This document shows positions 11,401 through 22,371 of a DNA stretch of 64,000 nucleotides, in pieces. The position numbers and the translations under genes were made by a program. Numbering within the stretch: position 1 is the stretch's first letter; the number at the start of each line of letters is the position of its first letter. This DNA is from Vitrella brassicaformis CCMP3155 (taxonomy: Eukaryota > Protista > Chromerida), in assembly GCA_001179505.1 (NCBI GenBank), contig CDMY01000474.1, positions 5,581 to 69,580 on the forward strand. The letters are read 5' to 3'. The notes below the pieces were generated by a model, which searched no databases, had not been told where the DNA came from, and worked only from the letters and a program-made list of their open reading frames with translations.

Positions 11401-14400
11401 GTCTGTGTCGCCCAGCGGAATAATGGCGTTCTCTGATGGGCTAGCTCAGCAGGCGTTCCTGGAAGCCTGCAGCGACGCCATGGAGGGCGGACTTGGTATC
11501 GAAACACGACGGGAGCACCTCTCGCAACGATTGACACTGTTGTCCTTGTATCATGTCGTGTATTAGGCAGCGTGGTGGTCAACGGTCGTGTGTTGCGTGC
11601 GGGTGAGGAGCTTGAGCTCCAGCACGGCGATTGGATCGTCTTCGGACAGGGACAGGTCTTCCGCATGGTCTTCCCACGTACGTAATCCGTCGTTCACCGT
11701 CCTGCTTTATTGACAGTGCCTGCATCGTGAGTCTGCGTGGTGTAGTGCGCTACGTTGAGGATCCTCAGCTGCTGGAGCAAGACAACAAAAAGGATCAGCA
11801 GCTCTACGGCACCGTCATGGACGAGTTGCAGAAAATAAACGCCAAGTGCGACAAGCAGCAAACATCACGCCTGATTCATCAGTGAATCATCACTCATTTC
11901 GTCTGTCTCCCTCTCTCACAGGGCTGTTCGGCGGCACAGCACGTCCGACAACTGGGAGAAGACGGCTCTCAAGCTCTATGGGGAGGAGAAGGCGGCAGAG
12001 CTCAAGCGTCAAGTCGAGGCCCTTCAGCCTCTCGTAGAGGAAGCCAACCAGCTGACGGTTGCAGTCAGAGGCACAGAGAGCTCCGATGGCGGCCAGCAGG
12101 GAGTGGTCGACTACGAGTTTTTTATCGGTATTACGACCGACTCCCTCCAGCTCGACGCCGTTACACCGCAGTCAGTCGTTGTACAGCGGGACAACCTCAA
12201 TTCACTCCGCCCCGACGGTCGACAGAGGACTATCGTCAAGCCCCTCGACGAGACGACCGGCACGCACTATAAGGTGGCTCGGCATACACATTCCATGGCT
12301 CATCTGCGTATGGTGCGTCTGTTCCTCTTCCAGACAGTGGGGGTGCATCTGCCAAGGGGCTTTGAGGATCTTGTGGAACAGTTCAGAAGCGTCCACAGGG
12401 AGGGTGGCTACGGGCCTGACCAGAGGCAGGAGGCAGATCATGCTGCCGCTGGCTACGAGCGGGGTGTCGATGGAAAAGACCCGTGGCTGCCATTGCCAAG
12501 CTCCATGTGGAAGGGCCTTCTGGACAATGCTAGGTGGGTGGTGAGACATCTGAAGGATGAAGCATCCATGGACAGTTCTGTGCCGCCTTTTCAGTCGTCG
12601 GCAGCAGATGTTGGTGGATGAGCTCATTGAGGCGAGGCAAGCGTCCACCCACAGCAAGAAAGAGACCGAGGCCAGAAGCGAACAGCAGGCGCAGCTCCGC
12701 CTCGACATGGCCAAAGCTCAGGTAACGATTGACCGGCCAACTTCTCCTTTTCTCTCCTGCTCAACTGTCACCTCAGACTGAGCTAGAGCACCTTCGCAAG
12801 GCAGTGGAGGAGCAGACTGCCTCCAGCAAGAAGTTGGCTGAGGAGCGAGATCACCTCCTGCGCGAGAACGGCCAGCTTTCTCTCTTATGCGAGAGGCTGG
12901 AGAAGGAGAAAGACACCGACGCGACTGCCAAGCTGCAGCAGCAGCGGATGGATGACCAACACGCCGCTGCCATCAAAGTAAGACAGGCATCTGCACAAGA
13001 AAGAAGAACTATTGTCTGGTGTTTGCAGGCTGCCGTGACGAGTGCCGAAATCGAGTGGAAGACCAGGGCTGAGGAGGCGCAGAAACGATATGAGACAGAA
13101 CTTGAGAAGGAGAGGGAGATCGCAACGCTCCACAGAGAGGTACTCGTGCCTACCTGTAGGTGCCCACAGGACCCATCGCTTTCTTTTCGTGCTGGCAGAG
13201 GGCGGATGGTCTGCAGTCAATGCTTGACGAGCGTATCAAGGATCTCACAAGGCAGCTCAACGACGCCAGGAAGAGCGCCAAGGAGCAGGAAGACTACTAC
13301 CGGCAGCAGCTGACGGACCAGGGGGCCAACAGTCAGCAAACCCAACAAAGACTCATCAATCAGCATGCACAAAAGGTGGAGGACCTGCTGAATCTGCTGC
13401 ACGCGGCCAAGAACGAGGCCCACATGAATCTGAAGGACAGAGACCAGCTGGAGAGGACTATCCAGAAGCTGGAGCACCAGCTGCACGAGGAGGGGGAGAG
13501 ATCGCAGGAGAGGGAGGCGGCACACGTTGAAGAAGTAGATAGACTCAATTGCACCATCAGAGAGCTACAGGTGAGAAGGGACATATACACGCATCGTTTG
13601 TATTGATGTGAGTCTGTGTGTATGTCAGGGTGATCTAGAGGAGAAGTCGCATCGTCTGGCTGAGTTGTCGAGATGGGAGGCCGAGTATGGTGCGCTTCTG
13701 GACAGCCGAGAGGCCACGCAGCAGCAGCTCGATGAGATCAAGCAGAAGGCCATCAAACTACTAAGAGGGTAGGCAGACATTGTCCACACCTACACACCAC
13801 ATTTAGAGTGGGAATGACAGATAGAAGTGATGAAAAGGAGGGAGACACACATTTCCGTAGGGGTCGGGGAGCACCGGACATGTAGAAGGCAGAAGAGTAG
13901 AGTAGTCTCGTTACATCGTGCCCGGCTTTCTGTTCATGTAACCACCGCTTTATCCGCCAATCTCCGCTGAGACATATGTATGTGCATGCAGTTCAGACAC
14001 TCTTTCTTCTTCTTTTGTGCATCCATCCTATCCATGTGCCTGTCAATAGACTCCGACTACATGTGCCGTGCCGTCTATACATAGCTCTAGTAGCTTTCCT
14101 TGCCCCCACCACTGCTGGCCAACAGCCACACTTTCCATGATGCGAGTGAGGTCTTCAAAAGACCTAGTTCCCTTGTATGAATGGCCGCATGCCCTGGTCT
14201 GTCTGCTGTGTGTGCGTCTTGGATGCAGGATGGTCAAGGTGCACGCGCGGAACGAGGAGCTGGCAAGGCTGGTGCGGGACTATCGAAGGACACGATTCAA
14301 CTACAACCTAGAACTCTATCGCAAGGTACCCTTTCCACGCAGTTCGCCGCATTGCTTTCCCTCCGTGTCTGATAACAGTTTGCCGAGTTTTATCACTTTC

Positions 14401-15408
14401 TGCATCGCTCCGGCTTGTTCAAAGACACAGCTCTCCACGACGCGAGCGCTGCCAAGGCCTGGGGATGTCTGAGGAGGCTGGCGCACGGCTGGAACCCGAG
14501 ACACCAGGTCATCAAGTCGCGGCGGAACCGACATGCACATATCAACGAGAGATTCTACTTCTCAAGCCCTGCCGAGTGAGTCGAGAGAGAGACACAATCG
14601 GACCTATGCTGTCAAACGTCCATGTTTGCACTTCAGTGAGGCAACCGACGAGTGGAATATCGCAAGTCAGCGGTTGGACATCCCCATCAAGAACGCCGAG
14701 TACCTCGTCTACCCCCCGCCCTTCGAGGAGCCACCAGGCAAATCAATGAAGCCGTCTCGATCGTCGCCGAGCCTTCACCAGCCCATGATGCAGACGGAGA
14801 CACCAGTGGGGCCACCGCCGCAAGGAGAAGCTGACCTTGGTGATGACGAAGGCGAGGGAGAGGGAGATGGCGGGGAGCCGCCCGCGGCGTGGGGTAACTG
14901 GAACGAGTGGTTTCAGGAGGTCAAGGACGAGTGGGGCGGGCTGCTGGCCCATCAGGACGTGCACCTAGCAGAGAAGGGAGACTTGTCGGACCCTCCGCCA
15001 TGTGCAACTGCCGCAGAGGAGGCGGCATTTCAAACGCCTGTGTTCTCGAGACCTGACACATACCAAGGGTACGCACACACATACGTGCAAACGACAAACC
15101 TCACATGCCTTTGTGTGCCTTGTGTGTGAGTGTCGGCTTGCAGATCTCGTGTGGCCCCTGTGTCCCATCACCCCACGCACTTGCCTGACTACTCCAATAA
15201 GGCTCCCTACAAGGCGAGGCAGGGATGGGGCGGCGAGGCAGGGATGCCCCCCAGCTCACATCGCACCGGCAAATCATCGCCGGGCCGCTCCACACACCTG
15301 GAGCCATCCCGGCCCACATCTGCAGTGTCGAGACCCACCTCAGCCACCAAGAGGCAGCAACAGCAGGCGCATAGTCGGCCGTCATCAGCAGGGCTGACGT
15401 ATAGATGA
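8448..15408 (+). CDS. Kinesin motor protein, kinesin-3-like (motor + FHA + coiled coils), many exons
   Basis: KVAVRVRP, YFFDHIF, P-loop AYGQTGSGKSHS, switch I NAHSSRSH, switch II LVDLAGAE, INKGL, HIAYRDSKLT, STLRFA. FHA halves IGTD...GILPAHC and VVNG...LQHGDWIVFG are followed by E/Q/K-rich coiled coils. The final exon ends GLTYR* at 15408. Confidence 0.92.
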
Positions 15409-15664
15409 GATATGTCTGTGTGCGATGATGATAGATAAGGGTTATTCGGCCGAAGGACAGACGGCTGTGTGATGACGATACATAGATAATATGTGTCCCT
15501 CATGGGTACCATGCAACGCCTGCCGGTCAGCGGTCTATGGATCCTGACTGCACACTACTCTCACTGTACACACGCTTTCTCAAAGCCTCTGTCGCTTCCG
15601 TCCACTCATCATTCACCGTGAGCACTTAGTGCCTGTCTGCCTGGTTGGGTGGCCATCAATCATC

Positions 15665-16354
15665 TCATCTCCACCCCCTCTCAGCCTCCTGCAGCACATA
15701 CTCCGCCACAGCAGCAACATCCTCATCAGTCAACCTCGGACCAAAGGTACACTGCACACACCACACACACACACACACACATGCACGGACGGTGCAGACT
15801 CATATCAACGGCTGGCTCTCGTCCCTCACCCGTGATTTCGGGTTGCAGCTCTCGCCAAATCCGGGCATGTTCGCCACGCCATAGTAGGTCACCTGATAGA
15901 GCTTGTCGACGTCATAGATTTTGTTGCCGATGAGGTCTCCCTTCTTGAGTGTCTTGCCGGCACGAGCCGACGCTATCACATTGCCACCGCCAGCATGGCA
16001 CGCTGCACAGTTGATGTTGAAAACATCCTCACCCCGTGTTGCGCCAATGACCGGGTCGATGGGAAGGCTGGCGAGAGCAACGAGGGCAAAAGGCAGCAAC
16101 ACACTCCGCAGGAGGCTCTGCAAAGGCTGGGTAGCATCGGTTGCAGCGTCGTGTCGTGGCTCAGACGCCTTCAGCAACCCGCTGCCGAGAGATCTCCTGT
16201 CGCTGTGGGACAGGTGGGATGGTCGTTGCGCCGTCTGCTGCAGTCGTGTAAGCGAGGGAGTGAAGGCAGTGAAAGAATGAGTTGTTGAAGAGAAGACGAC
16301 AACTGCGACGACAAGTTGCGTCACCAGCTGGTGGAGACCTCTGAACAGCCGCAT
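15665..16354 (-). CDS. petJ: Cytochrome c6-family protein of the c6A type, nuclear-encoded, with a tripartite (signal + transit + thylakoid) presequence; 2 exons
   Basis: Heme motif CAACH and distal Met in NMPGFG. Intron 15829-15752 (GT..AG, phase 0) joins GESCNPKSR|CTFGPRLTDEDVAAVAEYVLQEAERGWR*; stop at 15665-15667. The presequence has a TAF motif and a second hydrophobic stretch ending VIGA. Confidence 0.92.
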
Positions 16355-16529
16355 CGTCCAGACGGATTCGTGACGGGATCTTCCTGCAGGCTTAGCTCGC
16401 AGCTTTCCTCCGTTTTTCCATTGCAGATGGACTCAGCACTTCTAGACGTGGACACAAATTCACAGAGTAGGTATGTCACATCGACATATCATCCAGTCTC
16501 GTGGTCTCGGCCGTTTGCTGCCTCACGTC

Positions 16530-17943
16530 CTACTTGGCTCTACCGAACTGCCCCAGCAGCTCAGCAAGCTTCTCATTGTCTAATCTCGGCAGCCCGCTGC
16601 GCGCCCCCTGGTGCTTCAACTTCTCGTGCGCAATGAGGCCACCCCACACCAGCACCCTCTCCACACACCATCCCCTCAGCAGCCCGAAGATGACACCGCC
16701 GATGAAGGCGTCCCCGGCCCCCGTCGTGTCAACGATCTCCGACTCGTCGATGGGCCACGCGCTGCAGTGCACCGCTGCATGACAGCCCTCGCCACTCAAT
16801 GCATCAACTGCTGGCGGCTCGTCGCACCAATCGACCAAAGCGATCTCGTCAGTGGTCACAGTGGCATACCGCAGCTTGACGGGCACGTGGGAGCGTAAGG
16901 GTGAAGGGCCATCGACATGGAGGGAGGGGTGAAAGGGGCAGGGCATGAGCATCACAGCCCCCCGCTCGCCGAGGGTGGAGCACACAAGCCGCCTCGTGGG
17001 GCACTTGGCAGACAGATGACGCATTCCGTGCAGGAAAGATGAGTCCACCGGCGCATTGGGGGAGGAGGAAGGGGAAGAAGACGGGGCGAACTGCTTGGGG
17101 TAGCGGCTGTTGGTGAACAGGACATCCGCGAGAGCGAGGAGCTCTGGTAGCCCTTCACGATCCTGAGCAACGAGCGAAGGGAGGCCAACCAATGAAATGG
17201 AGAGAACACCAGACCATCATCGTCTTTGCCCACCTTTTCTGCATCCAGTGAGATCGTCACGCCAGCCTCTTTGGCCAACTCAGCCAGTCGACAGGCGGCC
17301 GCTGGTTGCCTCGCATCTGAGTGTACCCAACGAATGCCCGCATCCCTCCGAAACATGTCGTCTGCTACATCATTCGCCCCCATCTCCTTCGGGCAGGGCG
17401 TGTGGATGCACGTGCGGGTCTTGGCAGCCTCATCGACGATCACATAAGTGAATGGCGAGGGGACGCCAGGATAGGTCAGGACCAGGCTTGTGTCGATACC
17501 GTCCTCACGCAGCTCATTGAGTATGGTCTGCCCGTTGCTGTCGTCTCCGACACACGTGATTATGCCGCACTTCACACCCAGCCGAGAGAGGGCCGTGCAT
17601 GTGTTGCCGGCGTTGCCGCCTCCCTCTATGCTGAGCGACTCTGTCCTGATCTTGTCGTCGGGCTCCGGATAAGCCGCTACACGGGCGAGAAAGTCGACTC
17701 CAGCAGCACCGACACAAAGAACCTTCATTGTCGGCACTGTGCGATGAGTCCCTCGCAACCGCAACTGAAGAAAGCGAACAGACAAGTGGCAGATCTGTGT
17801 GCTGGTATGTTGCTTCACTCACGCAGTACCGATCTTTCGTTCCGCCCAGCTGCATTCAGCACAAACGCCGCAGCGAAGTGTTCGCGGATTCCCCTGCTGA
17901 CGAAGAGAAGCACAAGAAGGCCTTGGAGCCGAGTGTTCAGCAT
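16530..17943 (-). CDS. PfkB/ribokinase-family carbohydrate kinase, probably plastid-targeted (3 exons)
   Basis: Signatures GGGNAGN and VDTTGAGDAFIGG. Intron 17233-17163 joins LDAEK|DREGL. An upstream exon MLNTRLQGLLVLLFVSRG...AAAFV...ERS is joined in phase 0 by intron 17829-17765 to LRLRGTHRTVPT-MKVLCVG. Confidence 0.9.
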
Positions 17944-18131
17944 CAAAAGGGGAAGTCCGAGGAAAGAAAAGCTCGCGTGGGGGTCTGGGGGCGAGACGCC
18001 AGAACGGGAGGCAATCTCGGCCACGACATTCACCTATATAGACTTGCTGTGTCCCGAAGGCCAGACAATCTTGGTTGAACTTCCCAACCAGTTCCAATTG
18101 ACCAGTTCAGTTCTCTCGGGGTCCTTCAGCC

Positions 18132-20242
18132 ATGCTGAGTGCGGCGAACAAGCCACGCGCCATCAACCCTGTGCGCAGCACCGAGGGAGAGAGGAGAGTG
18201 CTGAAACGACTTTCATCCGAGAGCCTCTTCCTTCCGCCCATCTCGCCTTCACAGAAGGAAGCCGCTGAAAACGAACTCTCGGCTGCCCTCGTGGCCGAGC
18301 TATCCGGCTCCGACGGGGATGACGAGACGGTCCTGTCTCAAGTCGACACGCTGATAGTAAGAGGTGCCGGGATTGCTCGCCTCGATGGACTCCACTCGGT
18401 GGATTTCCGCTGGCTGAGGAGCCTGGAGGTGCTGTCTCTGTCGCACAACGCCCTCACGGACATCTGTCCATTGCAGCACCTCGTCAGGCTGAGGTCGCTG
18501 AACCTCAACTTTAATCAGCTGAGGGATCTGTCGCCAGCCTTCGAGTGCCCCCAGCTGGAGTCGCTGTACGCCTCCCACAACCAAGTGATGTCCATCAAGG
18601 GTATCGAGGCTTGTCAGGAGCTGCAGGCGTTGTGCCTGTTTCGGAACAGCCTTGCCGACCTGGGAAAGGTGATTGAGAGCCTAAGCACCCTTCCATTGTT
18701 AGAGCAGCTGGACCTCAACGGCAACCCCTGTATGGGGACTACTCAGTCATCAGAGGACCACACATCGACACAATCCACCAGCCCATCAACACGACCCTCG
18801 GCGGCCGTACCCGGCCGCGTTACTCCGGCATGTTTCGCCCTGCCGGCTGCTGCCGTGTCTGCTCCCTCGTCCACCTGTCAGTACCGGGTTATCGCGGCCG
18901 TGCCCTCGCTGATCAAGTTGGATGAGATGGAGGTGGATGAGTCCACTCGCAGAGTGGCGGAGCGGTTCGTCCAATGTGGCAAGAAGGAGGCAAAAGACCA
19001 GGGGGATGGAGACAATGACTGCGGCTCTTGGCTTCGTGATCTCCCGCGGCCCTCTACGGCACCGGCCAAGGAGCCGGTCATCACATCAGAAGGGCGACAT
19101 GTGTCTATCGGCAGTGAGTCGGCAGAAGAAGACATCCAGGACATGAATGCAGAAGAGAGCGTGGAAACGGGTGGTCTTGAAGCACTGCGGCAGCAGATTC
19201 GCGTCCTGGAGGCGAAGGTCACCTCTCTGGAGGTTGAGAACCGCAATGTCTACTCACTTATGGGGGAGAACCGGCGTCTCAAACAGCAGATCGACGAGGG
19301 GCAGACTGACGAGTGTGATGACCTGCCTGCAGCCAGCAGTGAGGATACTGATGATGTGTCGAGTCTGCGGCTGGAGAACAGGATGCTGCGTAAGCGCCTG
19401 GGCAGGACGGTCGAGCACGTTGGGCAGCTCAGAAATGACCTGTATGAGGCGCGGTTGGGCAGGAAGCTTAGACCGGTATGCAAATATCCAAACATGTGGT
19501 GGATCCATCCAATCATGTCTCATCTTTGTGTGCTCGTGTTCAGAGAGCAGACACGGGCGATGAATCGTCCTCGATCCCACGGCCCTTCACTGCCAATGCG
19601 GAATCCTCTAATTGCATGGGTAGCAGGACACAGCCGTCTCTCGACTGCTCTCCAGGTGCCCGGCGAAGTCGGCGTGCCAGCTCTCTGGTCACCATCCAGG
19701 AGGACCAGCCCGTGTCGATCGACGATGCAGCTCCGGCTAGCCCAAATGGCTCTGGCGGAGGGAGCGATGACGACATAGAGGCAATGCTGAAACGAAATGC
19801 AGCAAACCTGGAGCTGCTTCAGCGGTCATTGCACGAGACAGAGGCACTGTTCAGTCGTCCGCAGACGGCGCAGCCGGACGGCCGGATCCAGCCACCGCAA
19901 ATGCCGATGTTGCCACCAAACGCCAACCCCTCGCCGAGGAGACGGCCCTCCTCGCCTCAACATAAGACGCCCACGGCTGCCCCGCCGAGATGTCGCACCG
20001 CCCCTGAGAAGGGAAAAAGGCCGCGGGTCTCGGCACATGACGAAGGGGCATATTGTGGCGTGTCGGCGCTGGAGATGGACGTGCCCGACGTTGAGTTGAC
20101 GGGCAGCGATGGGGCTGCGTTGTTTGTGGGTGATACGGGTGAGGTGCTGCAGCTTAATGGAGGGGTTGGCGGGGTGGATGGGGTGGAGGGGATAAGGGCG
20201 ATGATTGAGGGATACAAAAGACTCACTGGGGCACCGATCTAA
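18132..20242 (+). CDS. SDS22-like leucine-rich-repeat protein with LRRcap and C-terminal coiled coil (possibly centriolar/flagellar)
   Basis: Repeats LEVLSLSHNAL, LRSLNLNFNQL, LESLYASHNQV, LQALCLFRNSL, LEQLDLNGNP; cap YRVIAAVPSLIKLD; heptad coiled coil at about 19180-19450. One intron near 19477-19543, then an exon ending GAPI* at 20242. Confidence 0.85.
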
Positions 20243-20469
20243 TGCATGATTGTTGTTGACTGGTTGTCTGCATACTGCTGGATGTGCGAGACTTGATCCA
20301 AAGCATGAAGCATGCTCACATTCAGTCCGAATTCGTCATGTCACGTTGGTCAGGTCATGTATGCACACGTATCTGCCATCACCACCGTCCCTCCCAATAT
20401 ATATTGGTCCCTCCCTCTTTCTCCCTCTCCCCTTATCCCTCCCTCCAGCCATATGCCTCCGTCCATGTC

Positions 20470-21863
20470 TCACAGGCGGAGCAGTGTCTGAGCGTCCTGC
20501 TGGCCGAGTGCTTGTCGCACCATGGCCACTGTCCATGGGTAGGCTGCTGCCGGGTCGCCCTGGTTCAGGTACACGTTGTAGTTGGCATTGGGCTGGGGGG
20601 GCTCGGTGGTGTAGAGGGTGGCCGTCGAGTAGAGGAGCATCGATGTCAGCTGGATGTAGCAGGGGAAGGGATCTCCGGCCTGAGTGCCCGCCAGAGTGAT
20701 GGTGCGCCTCGTCACGTCGGGCGTGTAGCGGGATGATGTCAGCCGCTGCTGACCCCAGAAGGGGGTCGACGGGTCCTGCTTACACGGATCCATAAGACAT
20801 CTTCATTTGGGGGTTGCTGTGTTGTGTGTTGTGTGTGATATTCTCTGCATACCTGTACAGCCAGCTCGTCTGTGCGCTCCTCTCCGGCGGCACCGTCGGG
20901 GTCGTAGGAGTGGTGGGCCACTATCACCACTGGGCGGAACGGACCACGCTGCTGCACACTGCAAACACACACACCCAGACACGCACACACAGAAGGAAAT
21001 GACAACAAAACGGGGTGATGCTATTTGGAAAGGCCACCATCGTTTCCCACCCACCGGTCCACGATCGCATCTCGGATCCCCAAGTAGTAATGGACACCCA
21101 CTGCAGCCAATGATCAAAGACACATCAGTTGGATTGGAGCGGGCGAGACGTGAGGATCTTTCTGTGTGCCGCGTACCGCGGACGGGCGGGTTGTTGGCTT
21201 GGTAAGGCAGGGCGCCGGTCGCGATCGGGTGCTCGTCGGGCAAGGGTGACACAATCCCGTCCGGCGGCCCATACACAGTCACAAAGTCGGCACCCAGCTT
21301 GTCCTTCTTCACCCCCCGCCCCTCGGGACCTTCTTGTGGGTCAGCAGCATCTCACTCCTGGGTTTCAGCACATGGCTGAACAGTGAGAGCTGGCGCATGC
21401 TCTCGGGGCGACGGTCAAAGTCGGCCTTATGCACATCCTCCACCTCCTCACCGAGCCGCAGGGGCAGCGCCTCCACCACACCGCACGTCTTGGCGTACAC
21501 GAACAACTGCACAGAACTCAGAAAGTCCACAAATACCCGCTGCATCATGGATGCACGTCCATCATGTGCTCTGTTTGCAATGACGTGAATGCATACCTCC
21601 CCCCAGCTGACGATGTTACCGGCGTGCTCCAGCATGTACGCCATCTGCGTCAGTTTCTTGCGGGCTGACCGCAGGCGGGGCTCACGCAGCCCCAGCATGT
21701 GGCCGATGTGGTTGGCGGTGATGAGCTGCTGGATGCGGTACCTCGCAACGGCCACCGTGATGGTCTGGTGGACGGCCTTGCTGACGCGGGGGACTGCCGC
21801 GGCCTCTTCGGGCTCGAGGAAACTACACAGAGTATTGAACACACCTTCTGGGAGCTTGTTCAT
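20470..21863 (-). CDS. Hypothetical protein with an F-box-like N-terminus, multi-exon (probably a lineage-expanded family)
   Basis: MNKLPEGVFNTLCSFLEPEEAAAVPRVSKAVH fits the F-box pattern LP..V...I.SFL......VSK. Downstream exons (LFVYAKTCGVV..., KLGADFVTVYG..., GPFRPVVIVAHH..., TPFWGQQRLTSSRY...) are flanked by GT/AG sites. Exact splicing not fully resolved. Confidence 0.6.
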
Positions 21864-22371
21864 CGCGGAGAATTGAGGAACGAGAAACGCGGGTCACCAA
21901 CCCGAGAAAATGACAGCCCCAGAGTCTTGAGACGCCCCCAGCCGGATGGCACGTTTTTGTGAAGGCGAGATTTTCTCACCGGGAGACGGCTTTTTGAGAC
22001 GATGTCCTTTCTGTCATCGAGGACAAGGTAGAACAGCCTTTTCGTTGAGATTCTACACGTCTGGCACTGTCAGGCCTTCGCCGCCCTCGGCACACTGGCA
22101 TCTTCACCTGATTATCCCCCGCGGCGGCTATTGGCGAGGACTTGGACAGTCGCAGACCTGCTGCATCCTTGCATGGGCCCGGGGCGGCGTCGGGGGCGAT
22201 ATCTGCGGGCGACAGTCTGTCTGTCCACGAACAAGGGCGCGAGATGATGCGGGCTGGTGTTGGCGATGGCGCGTCCAGAGTTCGTGAGCGTGGAGCGCTC
22301 CCTAGCCCTCTACGGAAGCTCTTCACCCGTCAGCATCCTCAGTCGACGCACTTCCTCAGCAATTCCAGGCT

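Noticed and set aside
15800-16354. Canonical cytochrome c6 ending ...RVRDESQPLI as in the ORF track
   Set aside because: That end is intron read-through; splicing restores the conserved C-terminal helix and GW and reveals c6A features.
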